A stretch of DNA of 64,000 bases from Nitrosopumilus sp. Lineage in GTDB: Archaea; Thermoproteota; Nitrososphaeria; Nitrososphaerales; Nitrosopumilaceae. Shown here piece after piece: positions 62,050-64,000 of the stretch. The notes beneath the pieces are model-generated. The model was not told where the DNA came from. It was given only the letters and a program-made list of their open reading frames with translations, and ran no database searches. Every line of letters starts with the position of its first letter. The stretch's first letter is position 1. A program made the translations under genes and the position numbers. The stretch is from contig OZ242186.1 of assembly GCA_965205675.1 (NCBI GenBank), positions 1,248,001 through 1,312,000 of the forward strand, in the 5' to 3' direction.

Positions 62050-64000
62050 GTGCGTCTCTTACTGATTATTCTTTTTACAATTGGAATTATAATTCCAGTT
62101 GCATATGGACAGACAGATGATGTTGATGATAATGCATCTGCAGAGTCTGATCCACTGACTTTGGTAGTTCCCGAACGCCTGCTTATTGGTTCGCACAAAA
62201 ATTACGGACTGTTGGTACGGGATGATGCAGAGCGTTCCTCAATTGTAACACTTGCCGCAAGTTCTGATATTTTGGATCTCCCAAAGACCATATTTTTGGA
62301 CTCGGGAAAAAACCACGGACTGTTTCCAATTACAATACACGGTACGGGAGACGTGCAAGTCACGGCAGTATCTGATGGCAAGTCATATACGGCACAGACT
62401 GCGGTTTACAACCAAATCAACAGTGATTATAAGATAGTTCTCTCTGCGCCAAATGCCACTGCTGTATCGGATGTAAAGATAGGCATACATCTAATTGATC
62501 ATTTTGGAAATCCGGTTCGCGCAAAGGCAGATACTGATATTCGTTTCACTGCCATCAACTTTGATACTGTAACTGATGTCATCACCATCCCAGAATCCGA
62601 AAGCAGTGCGTTTGTGTCAGGTCATGTGTACGGCGATGCCAAAATCTCTGCATACTCTGACAGTACAGTTTCAGATAGTGTAGAGATATCCCGGGTCTGG
62701 AACACTGCAAATGTGCAGTTGGGAATTGCCCCGAAGATCATACTGAATAATTCTTTCGCATATCTTTTCATCTGGCTTGCAGATGAGGAGGGGACACAAG
62801 TCATTCCACATCTGCCACTGTCTGCTACAATCCAGACATCAAATCCGGACGCTGTCGGATTCTCCGGTCTGTACCAGTCAAACCACGAGTCGCATCAAAA
62901 GATACACATATCAGATGGGTTTCACATGATGAAAATTTACACATATAATTCTGGCGTATCTACGATATCAGTCTCAGTGCCGGGATATGGGGCAGTATCT
63001 GAGCACGTCATAGTCGGCGCATTCTGTCCCCATGAAAAAGATGACTGCCCGGATACAGCAGTCTCAAATGATGAGATACCAGAGTCTGCTGATATTACCG
63101 ATAGCATGTTTTGCAGCACTTTATCCGTAGAGGATGATGATGTAGTCATCGAGGATCCCGATGAGAATTCAGATGAGAATTCAGACGGTGGTGCAGATGC
63201 AGATAAGAACACAAAAGATACAGCCCAGAAAAAGAGATCCGGAAACAGCAGCATGTGTGCATCCGTATTTCCCGATTCAAGCATATCTGATGCATATCTT
63301 GTGTGGTCCTTGTATGATGTCTCCTCTTATGATGGAACCCTGGATTTATCATCATCTAGTAGCAATGTGACGATGTACCCCAAGCATTCTTTTTTACAGG
63401 ACTTTTTGATATCCTCTGATGACTCTGTGAATTACAAAAAACAACATGTCTTTGAATCTCAGAGCAGATACACCCAGTCTGCAATCATGCCAATATCAAG
63501 CCGAGACATGGGAGAACATATCATGACCATTACATCTCCCCATTATCCCGCACTCCAAGTGCCATTTGAGATAACATCACAAAAACAGTACTCCCTTAAG
63601 ATACACGCACTGCCGTTTCTAAAGTCCGGAGATGTGGAGCCTCTTTACACAGTATCCATAGTAGATGATGATTCGGAGGGAGGCGCAGTCATCGACCCTC
63701 ATGAGATATTTGGCGATGTAACTGTGAATATTATTACAAATGACATCACATTGGAACACGACTCTATCACACTGCGAGACCCTGTATCCGTAATTTATGG
63801 AATACCTAAAATAAAGCAGCCATCAGTCATGCTAGTCTCTGATCATAACATTGTGGGGAATCACTATTCTGAGATTGGCAGTGACTTGCAGCTCTTAATT
63901 GATGCCCCAGACAGAGTCCATGCAGGAGAGCCGTTTGCAGCGTATGGATACGTTGCTGATTCCTCAGATAATACTCCACTTGCACTGTCTCACTCTCTTA
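62050..64000 (+). CDS. Large secreted Ig-like/S-layer-like protein, runs off the window (not in ORF track)
   Basis: GTG start; MRLLLIILFTIGIIIPVAYG signal peptide; IDHFGNPV Ig-like motif; frame open in the stretches checked, including the window end. Confidence 0.8.
   Translation, partial: MRLLLIILFTIGIIIPVAYGQTDDVDDNASAESDPLTLVVPERLLIGSHKNYGLLVRDDAERSSIVTLAASSDILDLPKTIFLDSGKNHGLFPITIHGTGDVQVTAVSDGKSYTAQTAVYNQINSDYKIVLSAPNATAVSDVKIGIHLIDHFGNPVRAKADTDIRFTAINFDTVTDVITIPESESSAFVSGHVYGDAKISAYSDSTVSDSVEISRVWNTANVQLGIAPKIILNNSFAYLFIWLADEEGTQVIPHLPLSATIQTSNPDAVGFSGLYQSNHESHQKIHISDGFHMMKIYTYNSGVSTISVSVPGYGAVSEHVIVGAFCPHEKDDCPDTAVSNDEIPESADITDSMFCSTLSVEDDDVVIEDPDENSDENSDGGADADKNTKDTAQKKRSGNSSMCASVFPDSSISDAYLVWSLYDVSSYDGTLDLSSSSSNVTMYPKHSFLQDFLISSDDSVNYKKQHVFESQSRYTQSAIMPISSRDMGEHIMTITSPHYPALQVPFEITSQKQYSLKIHALPFLKSGDVEPLYTVSIVDDDSEGGAVIDPHEIFGDVTVNIITNDITLEHDSITLRDPVSVIYGIPKIKQPSVMLVSDHNIVGNHYSEIGSDLQLLIDAPDRVHAGEPFAAYGYVADSSDNTPLALSHSL

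Larger units (their letters stand above)
359..64000 (+). mobile_element. Large archaeal integrative (probably conjugative) element; boundaries not resolved
   Basis: Integrase at the left end, own MCM plus iteron array, TA and R-M cargo, PrgI/VirB6-like genes and a type IV pilus locus. No core housekeeping operon and strong + strand co-orientation. Confidence 0.8.

Overview
This is about 64 kb of a large integrated mobile element from an archaeon, most likely Nitrososphaerota (Thaumarchaeota). That call rests on the TFB and MCM genes, the Cys-rich Zn-finger ORFs and the SWIM-type transposase. Almost all genes lie on the + strand. The left arm has a tyrosine integrase, a possible excisionase, an SSAP-like recombinase, RelE and Doc toxin-antitoxin pairs, a ParB-MT-A70 fusion, a DUF1599 protein, TFB, ParB, a HAD nucleotidase and an MCM helicase. 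The MCM is followed by an iteron-like array flanked by two paralogous RHH-like genes. The middle has a type III R-M cassette bounded by 35-bp direct repeats and a protein with six tandem wHTH units. The right arm has a cupredoxin-SNase surface protein, a second TFB-like gene, PrgI-like and VirB6-like genes and a type IV pilus locus. That locus is interrupted by a type II R-M cassette and by a decayed transposon with a nested IS3. No capsid, VirB4 or relaxase was recognised, so an ICE-like element that continues past the window is the best reading. The most unusual signal is two unrelated class II tRNAs with serine-type bodies (long variable arm, G73) but non-serine anticodons (GAA and TAA), each one G35A change away from tRNA-Ser. 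All calls come from reading motifs by eye; no searches were run.
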